Below, in pieces: positions 11,969 to 24,051 of a stretch of 64,000 bases of DNA (within the stretch, counting starts at the first letter, position 1; each line of letters begins with the position of its first letter). The stretch is taken from positions 101,308,001 through 101,372,000 of the forward strand of contig NC_042998.1 of the NCBI RefSeq assembly GCF_006345805.1, given 5' to 3'. The notes beneath the pieces are model-generated. The model was not told the DNA's origin. It made no database searches and worked only from the letters and a program-made list of their open reading frames with translations. The position numbers were made by a program, and so were the translations under genes. This DNA comes from Octopus sinensis (lineage: Eukaryota).

Positions 11969-12757
11969 AAACTAAAGTTATAGAACAAACAAATGCAAGG
12001 TCATCCGCATAGCATTTCATAATTCGAACATTTAATCATAGAATATACATATAAACATCCCGCAAGATGGAACATAATTCATCTGTACAAGCATATAAGC
12101 ATATAATAAGGTGCGAGAAAAATGTTCACGGTTTAGAGTTAATACTTTAGCGATTCCGAAAAATACTTTTAAAAAAATCATTACAACACCTAGAAAGTAA
12201 AAATGTAATATAAAGTAATATATAAAAAATATATAGGTATATAAAAATATATAATATATATATATATATATATATAGAAAGCATATAAAAAATATATAAT
12301 ATATATCATGTAAATAAAATAAAAGTTCATCGTTTAGAAATCTTATAATATTATTATTCAAGTAAGAGAAGCGTTATAGTTAAAAAGGAAACCATATTTA
12401 CTTAATCCCTATGGCCATTTCAGGGGTGTATTATTATGTTTAAAGCATTAGGGTGCATCAAGATAATACCTCCTTCGTCAGGGGAAAAATACATAAAGAC
12501 AGACATCATCTCGTACCAGGCTAGCACAATGTTGTGTGCTTTCCTATTGAAGCATTCATGTATTTTTCTGAATCGCTAAAGTATTAACTCTAAACCGTGA
12601 ACATTTTTCTCGCACCTTATTATATGCTTATATGCTTGTACAGATGAATTATGTTCCATCTTGCGGGATGTTTATATGTATATTCTATGATTAAATGTTC
12701 GAATTATGAAATGCTATGCGGATGACCTTGCATTTGTTTGTTCTGTAACTTTAGTTT
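11969..12757. repeat. Long inverted repeat: 198-bp arms (11969-12166 and 12560-12757) with a 393-bp spacer
   Basis: Seen: arms differ at 2 positions by eye; flanks are TATAT-like on both sides. Confidence 0.95.
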
Positions 12758-13527
12758 TATATATATGTATGTATATATATTTATATATGTATATGTATTA
12801 TGTATGTATATGTATTATGTATGTATATATATATGTATATATATATATATATATATGTATATATTTGTGTGTTTGTTCCTCCAACATCACTTGATAACCG
12901 ATCTTGGTGTGTTTACGTCCCCGTAACTTAGCAGTTTTTCGTCTCTATCCCAAATCATTATATGTATGTATGTATGCATGTATGTATGTATGTATGTATG
13001 TATGTATGTATGTGTGTGTATGTATGTATGTATGCATGTGTCTATAAGTATAGAAAAAAAAAGAGGTAGGGAGAGACACATATATATTTTCATGTATCTA
13101 TATATACAAAGTATATGAGAGTCAGTAAGTGTGAGTGAGTGAAGTAAGTAGTTGGTAGGCGACAATAATGAAGAGAAACAGATGAGGTAAGATGTAAAAA
13201 CAAAAGAAAAAAAGAGTAAGAAAATAATCTCAGAAACGTTAAAGTGAAGACAGAGAGGCAGCATCAGATACAAGAGCAAAAACAATAATAACAAATGCTG
13301 CAACAGCAACAATAACATAGGCAACAAGAACAGTTTCATGACAATAACAGATGGTAGTAGAAACCCCAGTTGTATTATGAAGGAAAAAAAACGCGCAAAA
13401 GATAAAGAAGAGCAAGAAGCGACGAAAGCTCTTGAATGAAGGACTGATGTAGATCATGAAAACAATGTGCGTGCATGTGTAAGCGATTTTGAGCATCATA
13501 CACATGCATCGGTTTTATATATATCGT

Positions 13528-13755
13528 TTATCTTTTATCTTTCACTTGTTTCGGCCTCTAGACTGCGGCCATGTTGGGGCAACACCTTGAATTTTTTTTG
13601 TCGAATGGCTCGACTACAGAACTTAGTTTAAAACCTGGTACCTATTCTATCGGAGTCTTTTGTCGAACTGCTACGTTACGGGGGATGCAATCACACCAAC
13701 ACCGGTTGTCAAGCGGTTATGGGTGGGGAAGAAACCAGACAGAAACACACACACA

Positions 13756-13818
<63 letters not shown>

Positions 13819-13952
13819 ATATGTGACGGGTTTCTTTCAGTTTCTGTTGACCCTAGGCTATAGTAAACGGCACTTGTCGAAGGTGCCTCAGTATGGGACT
13901 GAGGACCGAGCCATGTGTTTGGGAAGCAGGCTTCTTAACACACAGCCCCACC
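13528..13952 (-). mobile_element. SINE family A, near full length, with internal (TCTA)n
   Basis: Seen: head, body, 3' module and tail are all present in reverse complement. Confidence 0.85.
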
Positions 13953-14011
13953 TAAATATATATATAGATATAGTTTGCTTTTGCTTTTTTTTTTGGTGCT
14001 TTAAATTTGAG

Positions 14012-16082
14012 TACAAGGACTGCTGCTATGGTGGAGCATCGCCGTTTACGTTGCTAGGCTTTCACTAAAACTTCTCTGATTTGTGACATTTAGTGGATGT
14101 AGGAGTTTGACGTTATTGCCCCATCTGTGTTTCTTGAGATAGGTTCATTCGGGGCTCTTGACAGAAGGAGATCTAGTTTTGTTTTGAAAAAGCCTACATC
14201 AACGCCATGCAGGTCTCTCATGTTTCGTGGGAGGATATTGAAGAGCTTCTACAATATCTGGTCCTGTACCCTGATGGTAATGTTGGGATTTTTGTACTAT
14301 GCAGTGGTGCCCGTCCTGCTTTTTGTGTAACTGTCAATGTGGAAGTTTGACAGAAGGTTTTCTAGGATTTTGCAAATGTATATTACAACATATCTTTCCC
14401 GCCTTCCTTCCAGGGAGTAGAGTCGTAACCTTTTTAGTCACTCCAGTAGCTGATGTGTCACATTGTGTTGATCTTCTTGGTGTAGCTTCGCTGGATCGCC
14501 TGAAGTTCTGCATTAATTTTACAGTGTTTGGTGACCACAGCTAGGAGCAGTAATCCAAACGACTGAGGGCGAAATTCCTTCAGAGGATCATCTAGATTTG
14601 AAAATTCGAAGGATCCATCCGGCCATACCTCTGCATTTTATCATCCACGTGGTAACGTGCACATGGAAAGATGCATCATCACTGATGTCGATGCCCAGAT
14701 CACGCAGTGATTTTGATACGGGGATTGCAATCCCTCATGGGCCAGTGTATCTTATCTGTTTTTCATTGAGCTTCCTGTATTGGTAATGCAGGGCTTCGAA
14801 TTTTCCAGCATTAAACTCTGTTATTTTCCCCAGCCCACCTGTATATTGCGTCTAACTCACGTTGTAGATGCACAACGTCTCAGGGGTTCTGTATCCTCTG
14901 AGACACTTTTGTACCATCTGCATAGCAAGCAAGGGTGACTACTTGAGCACCTGATGGCATGCCAGAGAAGGCCGCCTTAGTAGGTGCCTCAGAATATTTC
15001 CTATGGAATACCACTAATTATTTGTGTTTCCTCGGAGGAAACACTACCTGACTTCTACCTGACTTTTATCCACTACCTGATTTCTGTCTTTTAGAAAATC
15101 ATGAAACAATTCTCCAAGTTCTGCCACTACGCCAAGATTACGCATCTTGTGACAAATCATACCATGGTCGACTTTGTCAAAGGATTTTACAATGTCGAGG
15201 TATATCATATCCACATTTGAGCTGTCAGGTAGCTTCTATCTGGTCGGAAACCATGCTGGATTTCAATCAGCAACTCATTCTCTTCAAGGAATGCAATTAA
15301 TTTCCTTCCGACTATTCATTCCATGCCTTTGCTGATATGTGAGGTTAGAGAGATAGGACTATAGTTTTCAGCATCTGCTTTGTTTCCTCATAGTGCTATA
15401 GTTTTTAGCATCTGCTTTGCTTCCTCATTCATGAATAGGGCACATTATCCGGGAGCTTGCCATTTGCATGAAGTTCTGTAAGAGTAGCTGCAGTGGTTTT
15501 GCAAGGACAAGTTTACTGTGAATCCCTCGGGGCCGGCAGCTGAGTTTGCATCTGTATCATTTATTGCCAATATTACCTCCTCTTCTTCAATGCTGATATA
15601 ATCAATTGTTACAGTCTCTCGTTCAGAATCAGTAAAGAATTCTACAGGTTTGCTAACTTGCATGTGGTTTGGGGTGAGGAGGAGAAGACACTTTTGAACT
15701 GTTCATTCAGTGTTTCACTTAATTTCATTCTGTTTCGCATGAAGGAGCCATCTTTTTTCGGAGGAGTGTCTTATCCTGAAATGACAGAGGCAGTTTCCTT
15801 CCGTACCTAACGAAGGCTTTAGCGACTGATTTTATATTTCTTATGATGCAGGTTTCTTTTTTGCACTTACTTTCTCATGGAAGTGCTTCAGTTATTTCTC
15901 AATCTCCAGCAGTGCTACTTCGAGGCGGGGTTTCTCACTGCCATTGAGTTCTCTGTTAAGACGGTTGGTAATCTTTGTACGCCGGGAACATTGTTTACAT
16001 GTACAATGGACCTTCGCTCGTGGACAAAAATGTAGTATATGGCTTGCATTTTGGACATGAAAGTTTAAAATTTCATGTCTAT
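14012..16082 (-). mobile_element. CR1/L2-group LINE, subfamily 1, decayed, 5'-truncated, with an internal deletion
   Basis: Seen: colinear with 24000-26170 (e.g. GAGATAGGTTCATTCGGGGCTCTTGACAG, GAAACCATGCTGGAT, GGCCGGCAGCTGAGTTTG). The tail CGGCGATGCTCCACCATAGC is present, with many stops and frameshifts. Confidence 0.85.
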
Positions 16083-16944
16083 GTAAGGTGTACACACGCG
16101 TATGTGTGTGTGTGTGTGTGTATCGGGAACGAGGGAATGAGAAAGAGAGGTGTGAAGGCGCAATAAGAGTAGAGATATATAAAATACACTGACAAGAAAT
16201 AATTCGAATATCTACAAATAAAAGTTAGAATAAAAATAGTGAAAACCACATGAGCTTTCTACTCATCTTTTTTTTTTCATCATGTCTCTTTGCATAAATA
16301 CTTATTTGATACATATACTTAATACAAGCACACTCTCTCAAACACAAGCACGTCTCTCTATGCGGTCGCTCGAACTGTTAAAATAGCAACTAAATATTTT
16401 TGTAACTTCTCTTTACTATCTCTACAATGTTAATATTATATGCAAAACTGTTAATATTATATGCCGGATGTTAATATTATATACAAAAAAAAAGGGAAAG
16501 AAATTAAAAAATGGGTTGGAAAAAAGACGAGACGGTCGCATGTCAAATTTGGTTTGAGGGATGACATATTGACGTGCATGTAAAGTATGATAGGTGTCAT
16601 GCTTCGTAAGTTTATTTTTGTACGTATTTCTCAACCACTTACATCATATATCGGCCATATTTTGTAGTGAACTCTATCCATGACACTGTGCTTCGTTGAA
16701 GATTAGAATGTCCCATAATCATGGGAGATGGGCTGGTAATTATGGGAAGTAATTGGTTGAATTTCGACTCTCCTCAGAAACCATTACCAGAGCTTGGTGT
16801 CTTAGATGTGTCACTCCTGGTGCATGAATATTATTCTTCAGTATAATCTTTCGTTGATATCTCGTTAATATAAATACACACCTACACTTATGCACTATAT
16901 ATATATATACATACATACATACATACATACATACATACATAGAT

Positions 16945-17110
16945 ATGTAGTTCAAATTTACAGACGACAAAAGACGGAGACAGGTGTAGGAACAACAAGC
17001 ACTTTAACGCTCGAGAAAAATGGAAAAAACCTTTTACGGTTCGATCCTACACTCTTCCACAGAAAGGATTAAAAGGAAAAAAAAAGACGGCGAAAATAAA
17101 CTGTAGAGAT
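16945..17110 (-). mobile_element. H1 element copy with degenerate hammerhead (17030-17067)
   Basis: Seen on the minus strand: CCTTT CTGTGGA AGAG tgtag GATC GAAC CG TA AAAGG. Downstream sequence resembles 18350-18440. Confidence 0.5.
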
Positions 17111-17140
17111 TAACGGTTCAACATAGTGAAATAGCCGGAA

Positions 17141-17261
17141 GTGGAGGCACATGGCCTAGTGGTTAGAGCAGCGGACTTGCAGTCGAGGGATCGCGGGTTC
17201 GAATCTCAGACCGGACGATGTGTGTGTTTATGAGCAAAATACCTAAGCTCCACGCAGCTCC
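17141..17261 (+). mobile_element. SINE family B head, truncated at the junction with the copied segment
   Basis: Seen: GTGGAGGCACATGGCCTAGTGGTTAGAGCAGCGG...GGTTCGAATCTC, with Pol III A/B boxes. Confidence 0.85.
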
Positions 17262-17537
17262 ATCATTTTTCTTTAGTATTCACCCTCACAACAACCGCCC
17301 CACAGGTGCTCGAAAATAATATTGGTTGCTTTTCGTTTCATTTTTCTTGTTTTTCCGCTTACATAGATTGTTCATGCAACCATTATTTATAAAATCAGCT
17401 GGGCAATAGGCAAAATGATATCTAGTTTTTTTTTTAATATCAACTTTATCAGATAAATGAAAACTATAATAAATTCGGCAATGGTTTTTGGACTGAGTAT
17501 TTTTCATCGATTGTGGCAACATCTGCTCTCGCTAGTA
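17260..17537 (+). repeat. ~277-bp direct duplicate of 41489-41765
   Basis: Seen: about 2 substitutions plus a T-run length difference; both copies are followed by (CA)n and SINE B. Confidence 0.95.
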
Positions 17538-17543
17538 CACACA

Positions 17544-17602
<59 letters not shown>

Positions 17603-17607
17603 CTTAA

Positions 17608-17915
17608 GTGGAGGCACATGGCCTAGTGGTTAGAGCAGCGGGCTCGTGGTTGAGGGATCGCGGGTTCGAATCTCAGACAGGGCGATGTGTGTGTTTATGA
17701 GCGAAAACACCTAAGCTCCACGCAGCTCCGGCAGAAGGTAATGGCGAAACTTCTGCTGACTCTTTCGCCACAACTGTCTCTCACTCTTTCCTCCTGCATC
17801 TTGCAGCTCACCTGCGATGGACCGGCGTCCCGTCCAGGTGGGGAACCTATACGCCAAGAAACCGGGAAACCGGCCCTTATGAGACAGGTATGGCTCGAGA
17901 AGGAACAAACAAAAC
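17608..17915 (+). mobile_element. SINE family B, full length (tail type 1)
   Basis: Seen: tRNA head, body and tail CTGCGATGGACCGGCGTCCC...GGCTCGAGAAGGAAC(AAAC)n; about 95% identical to 41805-42120. Confidence 0.9.
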
Positions 17916-17954
17916 AAAATGACCGAAAGAGAGAGGAATAATAATAATAATAAT

Positions 17955-17988
<34 letters not shown>

Positions 17989-18155
17989 GTGATACACACA
18001 CTCGCAGACACACACACACACACATATACATACATACATACATACATACATACATACTACATAGATACATATGTATGTATGTATATATGTATGTATATAT
18101 ATATGTATGTATATATATATATATGTATGTATATATGTATGTATATATATATGTA

Positions 18156-18192
<37 letters not shown>

Positions 18193-18269
18193 ATATATAT
18201 ATAAAAAATATATATTTACCACTTCCGTCTTTTTAGTATGTGACCTCGTGAATACTACCTGCAATTTAT

Positions 18270-18445
18270 TTTCCTCTGTCCTCCCGTCTCGGGATCTTTC
18301 TTTCTCCTATGTTTCCGACGAAGAGCTTCGCTCGAAACGTCAAACCCTCCTTCTTCCCTTCTTTCCTGAGCGTCCAATAATACTTTATTTGTTCCACATC
18401 CTTGCGTTGTTGTCTTTTTGTTTTCTTGTTTGGATTAACTTTATA
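18270..18445 (+). mobile_element. H1 element copy
   Basis: Seen: similar to 5690-5865; ends GGATTAACTT(TA)n. Confidence 0.6.
18311..18345 (+). ncRNA. Minimal type I hammerhead motif, U4C core variant
   Basis: Seen: GTTT-CCGACGA-A-GAGC ttc GCTC-GAAA-CG-TC-AAAC, with a GUC triplet and ACGT palindrome. Confidence 0.65.
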
Positions 18446-19348
18446 TATATATATATATAAAGAGTACATAGGAATTGCTGGGGGGGGGGAGTTGAGTATC
18501 TGTGCTTTGGAAACAATCATTCTTCAAGTTAAAGCTGACAGGAGGAAAATATAAATAAGTAAAAAAAAAAGAGACCGGAATTTATCGTCCTCTATGTCTG
18601 AGAACATGGCTAAAACGGATAGGAGATGCAAGGCGACGTGACGTTCATGTGTAGGTAGGAAGTAGTAGATGAGTCAAGCAGTGTGGGAGAAGGAAAGAGA
18701 ATTGAACAACAGAATGAAAGCGAATGAAGGTGGAAAGAATGCTGAGGATAATAACTGGATTACTGAAGTAAGTTAAAGGAATGGAAGGTAACACGTTCCG
18801 GTGAATAGTTCCGAGTTAACGTATGCAGCGTTAATTCCTTTGTTTCCTTCTCTGTCTGTTTGTCTCTTTCTCGCGCGCTTTTACACACACATGCATATGG
18901 GTTTATACAGTACATTAGATTTCTATTGTTTTGGAAGTCTTTTTGCCCTTTTACAGATTAGCCTGATAGAGGAAAGTAGTTTTATTCTCAAAGCAATCTT
19001 GTGGTTTGTGTTCTAAGAAGGTCGTGAACATATTTAATAAATTTGATTCACATAGAAGGTGAAACGCACATTAAATACATTTGGGTTCGTTATAATTTCT
19101 TTCTACGGATATTATATTAACGGGAATTTCAAAAATATATTTCTAAAAGAGAAATATGGTTAATATATTTTATATTTATTCAATATTCCAATATTCCAAT
19201 TATCTACTCGCTCAGTTTGGCAGATTTCGTCAATGATATTTTGAAAATTAAACTTAAGAAAAAATTACAATTGTGTACTTGTAACATAAACATAAAAAAG
19301 AATAAAAACTTATAGATATTTACGTACGTTTATATGTTTATATATATA

Positions 19349-19397
<49 letters not shown>

Positions 19398-19707
19398 ATA
19401 TATATATGTATATATTCACCCTTATATTGAGAACAAATTATGTTGAGAACAAATCTTCTATAGCTAGATATAGTAAAGATAACGCAAATAACAAAATTTT
19501 AAATTGAACACATATAAAATAAAACTCATCTGAGTTCCATAATTAAACAAATATAATTCTCCATTAAGTATACATTTCAAAATAACAACAACTAAATATA
19601 GAACTGAAATATAGAATGTAGAAATGTAAAATAGATTAGAAAATACAATTTAATTCTATAAAATAATGAATAAATAACCATATATGTGTGTCTCTCTGTG
19701 TGCTTTC

Positions 19708-19744
<37 letters not shown>

Positions 19745-19746
<2 letters not shown>

Positions 19747-19929
19747 AAATTTAGAGGACCGACCACTAGAAGTGGACAGCCTATATGCCAGATATAGACG
19801 TCAAATCGCCATTTTGGTTTTTTGTTGAGTTTTTTTCTTGAGAACACATTTTTCGTGGAAAATGGCGATTTAACGTCTATATCTATCATATAGGCTGTCC
19901 ACTTTTAGTGGTCAGTTCTCAAAATTTTG
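19745..19929. mobile_element. MITE-like hairpin, ~70-bp imperfect TIRs, probable TA target
   Basis: Seen: 19745-19815 is the reverse complement of 19859-19929 (GACCACTARAAGTGGACAGCCTATATG..GATATAGACGTYAAATCGCCATTTT); flanks are TA and CA. Confidence 0.65.
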
Positions 19930-20190
19930 CATGTACAGAAATGTTTAATCTTCGGATTGTTTTAAAATATGCTAGGCCACTGCTTTTAATTGATTAATAT
20001 CAATTTCTACCCTTATTTGATTTATATATATATATATATATATATGAATGTCTTGGAACTTTGTGCTGTCGGTATGTAGAAAGGCGTGCAGATCTAATAA
20101 AAAAGTGAGCCATCGCATTCTATAGGTTATGTAGTTTTTTGTATGTAGTGTCTTCTCAATTATTCTGTCTACAATATTAATAAGGGTTGC

Positions 20191-20412
20191 AAGGCGAAAA
20201 GCTGGCAGAATCGTTAGCACGCTGGGTAAAAATGCTTAGCGGCATTTCGTCCGCCTTTACTTTCTCAGTTCTAATTACGCCGAGGTCGACTTTGCGTTTC
20301 ATCTTTTGGGGGGTCGATAATATAAGTACCAGTGAAACACTGGGGTCGATGTATAATCTACTTACTTTCCCCCCGAACTTGTTGGCCTTGTGCCAAAAAT
20401 TGAAACGCCATG
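20191..20412 (+). mobile_element. SINE family C monomer (Nin/Deu-like central domain), old
   Basis: Seen: AAGGCG..GCTGGCAGAATCGTTAGCAC head and GAGGTCGACTTTGC.TTTCATC.TTT.GGGGTCGAT core. Knowledge (recalled): resembles the Nin-domain CCTTCCATCCTTCCGAGGTCGATAAA. Confidence 0.75.
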
Positions 20413-21483
20413 TTCTTTGAATCTCAGGAAAGCCATTCTTATTTCTTTAACTTAACTTACTCTCGCTAATTATGAATAGTTATAGTAGTATATACGAGCA
20501 TGTAACAATGACTAAATGTCTCTCATTCGGTTATTTTCAAATGCTGTTATTTATTCAACTAATGCAAAAGTTTATATAAATATTATGTTCGTGGTGAAAT
20601 AAACAAAATGAAAAATTATATTCACTTTAATATTAGACTTTGAATTGAACACGCAACACATTAACGTTGTTTATCGTCGAGTATTCAATTGGTACATACT
20701 ACTAAATCTACATGAATGCATACCTACATACATACATACATGCATATATACATATATATATATATTTATCTCTGTCTGTCTCTTAGTCTCCCTCTCTGTA
20801 TCCTCTCTCTTTCTTTCTCTATTATATATCATAAAAAGATGTTAAATTTATTGCTATTTACAGAGATAAGGGGTCACGAAAGAGGTGGTCTTCGATAAAA
20901 GATTTTGAAGTAAAGAAGCAAAAGTATGTAAGAATCAGAGGATAACTACATAGAAATAACACCTTGCTAGACATAGAAATAGTGCAATTCTTTAGTTGCT
21001 CAGCGTGTGGTTAGACTTGCCTTTCAAAGGCTGACTTTACTTCACTTTGCAAAACCCGTCTTCATACAGTCGGCCCAAGCGATACGACGATCATTCCATC
21101 AGACGCGTTCATGTCATATTTGTAATAATACCTATATGGCATTTAAATATTCACAAATCAGAAAAGACAAACAACACAGTGCCACTTAAGGTGAGACATA
21201 GCTGCACTTCTTTAATGCAAAATTCAAACAGCTCTAGGGAATCAAAAGCAACTTTAGTGCTCATGCACTGGGGAAGTACATCTAAGAAGTTTAAAGTATT
21301 GAATATAAGTATACTACCTCTCTCTCATTATATATCGTAGAGTACAAATTGTGAAGTATATAAAAAATATAATTTGCATATTTTCAAACATCATCTGATA
21401 TATAATTCACGACTGTCGTCGACAGCTCAGCTCGAGGTGAAACTCATAGTAGACTGTCAAACTTTCGATAGAATAAACATACA

Positions 21484-21516
<33 letters not shown>

Positions 21517-22257
21517 TATATATATATATACATACATATATATATATATATATCTATATATATATATATATAATATATATATATATATAATATATATATA
21601 GATATAATATTATATATATATATACATGTGTGTGTATGTATATACCGTACACAAACTCTCTCACCACGCATAAAATTTACAAATACCTGGAAATGTATGT
21701 AAAACTAAGTATGTGCGAATCTAAAGATATTGAGAATTGCTGATGTATTGCATTATATAATGAGATAAAATAAGAAAATGAAAGAAAAATTGCTACACTG
21801 TTTAAATAAACAAATTAGTAAATTTTATAAATATAATTTGAATTATTACATCTTAAGGATTTAGAAGAAAACGATAAAATCAATTTCATTGGCTGTCAGA
21901 TAGAAGAATGCACTGAAGCACTTACTTAAAGGTGACAATAATGTATATGTATACATATTTGTGTATAAGCAAATGAATACATGTGAAAAAGGATAATGTT
22001 CCCACAAGAAGTATAATACACGTTACAGGAAAATTTGTGATACACTCCATATGAGGAGTCAGGTTGATGAATACTGTGCACGAAACACTAGGCCATTGAG
22101 ATACTACTGTAAATTTTTGCCGATTAAAATGGCTAAAAACATATATAATCACAATAAAATATTAAATCGCTCTAAACAAAACTTTCCTTCACATATAATG
22201 CTCTTTTCGATTCATAGTATTTTCATTAAAAATTAAATTTCTCTTAGTGCACACACA

Positions 22258-22308
<51 letters not shown>

Positions 22309-22334
22309 TACATACAAGCACGCACACACACACA

Positions 22335-23359
22335 TACACATTCTGACCTCGACTACAGAATTCATATTCTTTCCGTCCAAATGATTTCGAAGATTACGGA
22401 ATTAATGATAAACAGATGAGGAAATGTCTGGCGAATATGGTGGATTGGGCATTGTTTCACGTTCAAACTGCTCTAGTCTTTCGAATGTCATCCTCGTTGT
22501 ATGTGTCGAAGCATTATCCTGATGGAAAACACCTTTCGTCTTGTAACCAAAGATGGTAGGTGTTCTTAGTGCTCACTTAAGCCGCTCAAGCTGCTCGATG
22601 TAGATCTCCTTTGTTATCGTTTGGTTTGTGTTTAAAAGTTCAAAGTGGACTAAACCTTTCATATCCCACCATAACAACACCTTACGTGGGTGGAGAATTT
22701 CTTTAGTCTGGGGTACCGATGTTTCTCCTTTTCCTACCCACTCTCTTCGAGGCTTGACATTCGGTCCGAAAAAGGTTCATTCGTGAGATGTGACAGCAAA
22801 GGAGAGAACGAATTCACTCTCTGCGCGCGATTAGACTCGGAAATTTGTGAGGAACCGATTCACTCAAATTACTGACTTTTTCGATGGCACGAAAGGTGTC
22901 AATGAATGGTTAAATGACCAAATCTAAGCTTCTCTACCAACTCCTTAATTGTTACGATGGAATTTTGCTCCATCAGGGCTTGCAAGATGTCCTCGTTGAG
23001 CTCTACAGATTCTTCAGGTCGAGGCTCATCTTTTAGGCTGCAGTTTCCGGCTCCGAATTTCTGGAACCAACTTTGACACTGGCGTACCCTTATTGCCGAT
23101 CCACATATACTGCATTAATATTCCTCGCATTTTCTGCTGGGTTGTTGCCTTTATTGAACTCATAAAGCAAAATGCGCTCATTGTGGCTCCCATTATAGCT
23201 TAATCGAATTGCACTCTTCAAAACTTGCACTGGGAATAAGTACAACGTAAAATTACTACCTGCTTTTATAGCAAGCTGATGAAGGTAATTTAACCTTCCC
23301 CTTCCGAATTTTAGTATATGCAATTGAGAAAACCACATTATTTATGAGTTGACCCAACA
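22335..23359 (-). mobile_element. mariner (DD34D) transposase pseudogene with 5' TIR
   Basis: Seen across frameshifts: ILLYEFNKGNN..ARNINAVY, CQSWFQKF, HPRKVLL.WDMKGLVHFELL, FHQDNASTH, PPYSPDIS. TIR-like TTGGGTCAACTCATAAATAATGTGG near 23333-23357. Confidence 0.85.
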
Positions 23360-23690
23360 TATATATGTATATATAGATGCATATATGTATGTATGCTTAC
23401 AAAATTATATCTATCAATATATAATAACTCAGACGCACACATACACGCACATACGCATATGTACACGTATATGTATACACACACACGCAGGCACACAGAC
23501 ACACATATATACACACACACACACAGACACACACATATATTGGGTACGGTATATGAGTTCAGTAAAAATTTAGATTCAGATGAATATGGTACTTAAGTTG
23601 AAGCACCAGAATTTAGTACGGTATATACCCATGTAATTTCAAAGTAAGGTGATCAAAATCAAAATAAGTAACAAAGATATCCAGAGGTAA

Positions 23691-23777
23691 TGCAGTACGA
23701 TCGGTTCATGCAAATCCATTTAATTGAACAATGCAATCATTACATCAATTTAAAATGCAGAGCAATCCTCTGCTGCA
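23691..23777 (-). ncRNA. Degenerate type I hammerhead with long stem II (family H3)
   Basis: Seen on the minus strand: TGCAG-CAGAGGA-[TGC..CATTT.AATTGA..TCAATTAAATG..GCA]-GAAC-CGATCG-TA-CTGCA. Helices are present but there are two core substitutions. Confidence 0.45.
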
Positions 23778-23909
23778 CAAAGACATAGAATTTAATTGAA
23801 TTAGAACAGATAGATATATTAATATAATTATACCTAAAATCTCCAAGAAGTTAAGGAGATAGACAAAGATCAAGCTGTCTTCACTCCACTATATATGTAT
23901 GTATATGTA

Positions 23910-23960
<51 letters not shown>

Positions 23961-24051
23961 ATATATATATATATATATATATATTTTTTTTCTAGTTTCA
24001 GCTCAGAGCTGCGGCCATGCTGATGCACCGCCGTTTTGTGCTACACTGTTA

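Noticed and set aside
12706-12894. YADDL as an active reverse transcriptase gene
   Set aside because: An isolated motif that runs into a microsatellite; at best a relic inside the inverted-repeat arm.
17141-17215. tRNA-like genes at SINE heads (also 17608, 33244, 41805, 4706)
   Set aside because: A/B boxes are present but there is no complete cloverleaf, and each runs directly into a SINE body.
23275-23315. CTGATGA followed by a hairpin (hammerhead-like)
   Set aside because: No GAAA, stem III or stem I; it lies in the mariner 5' region.
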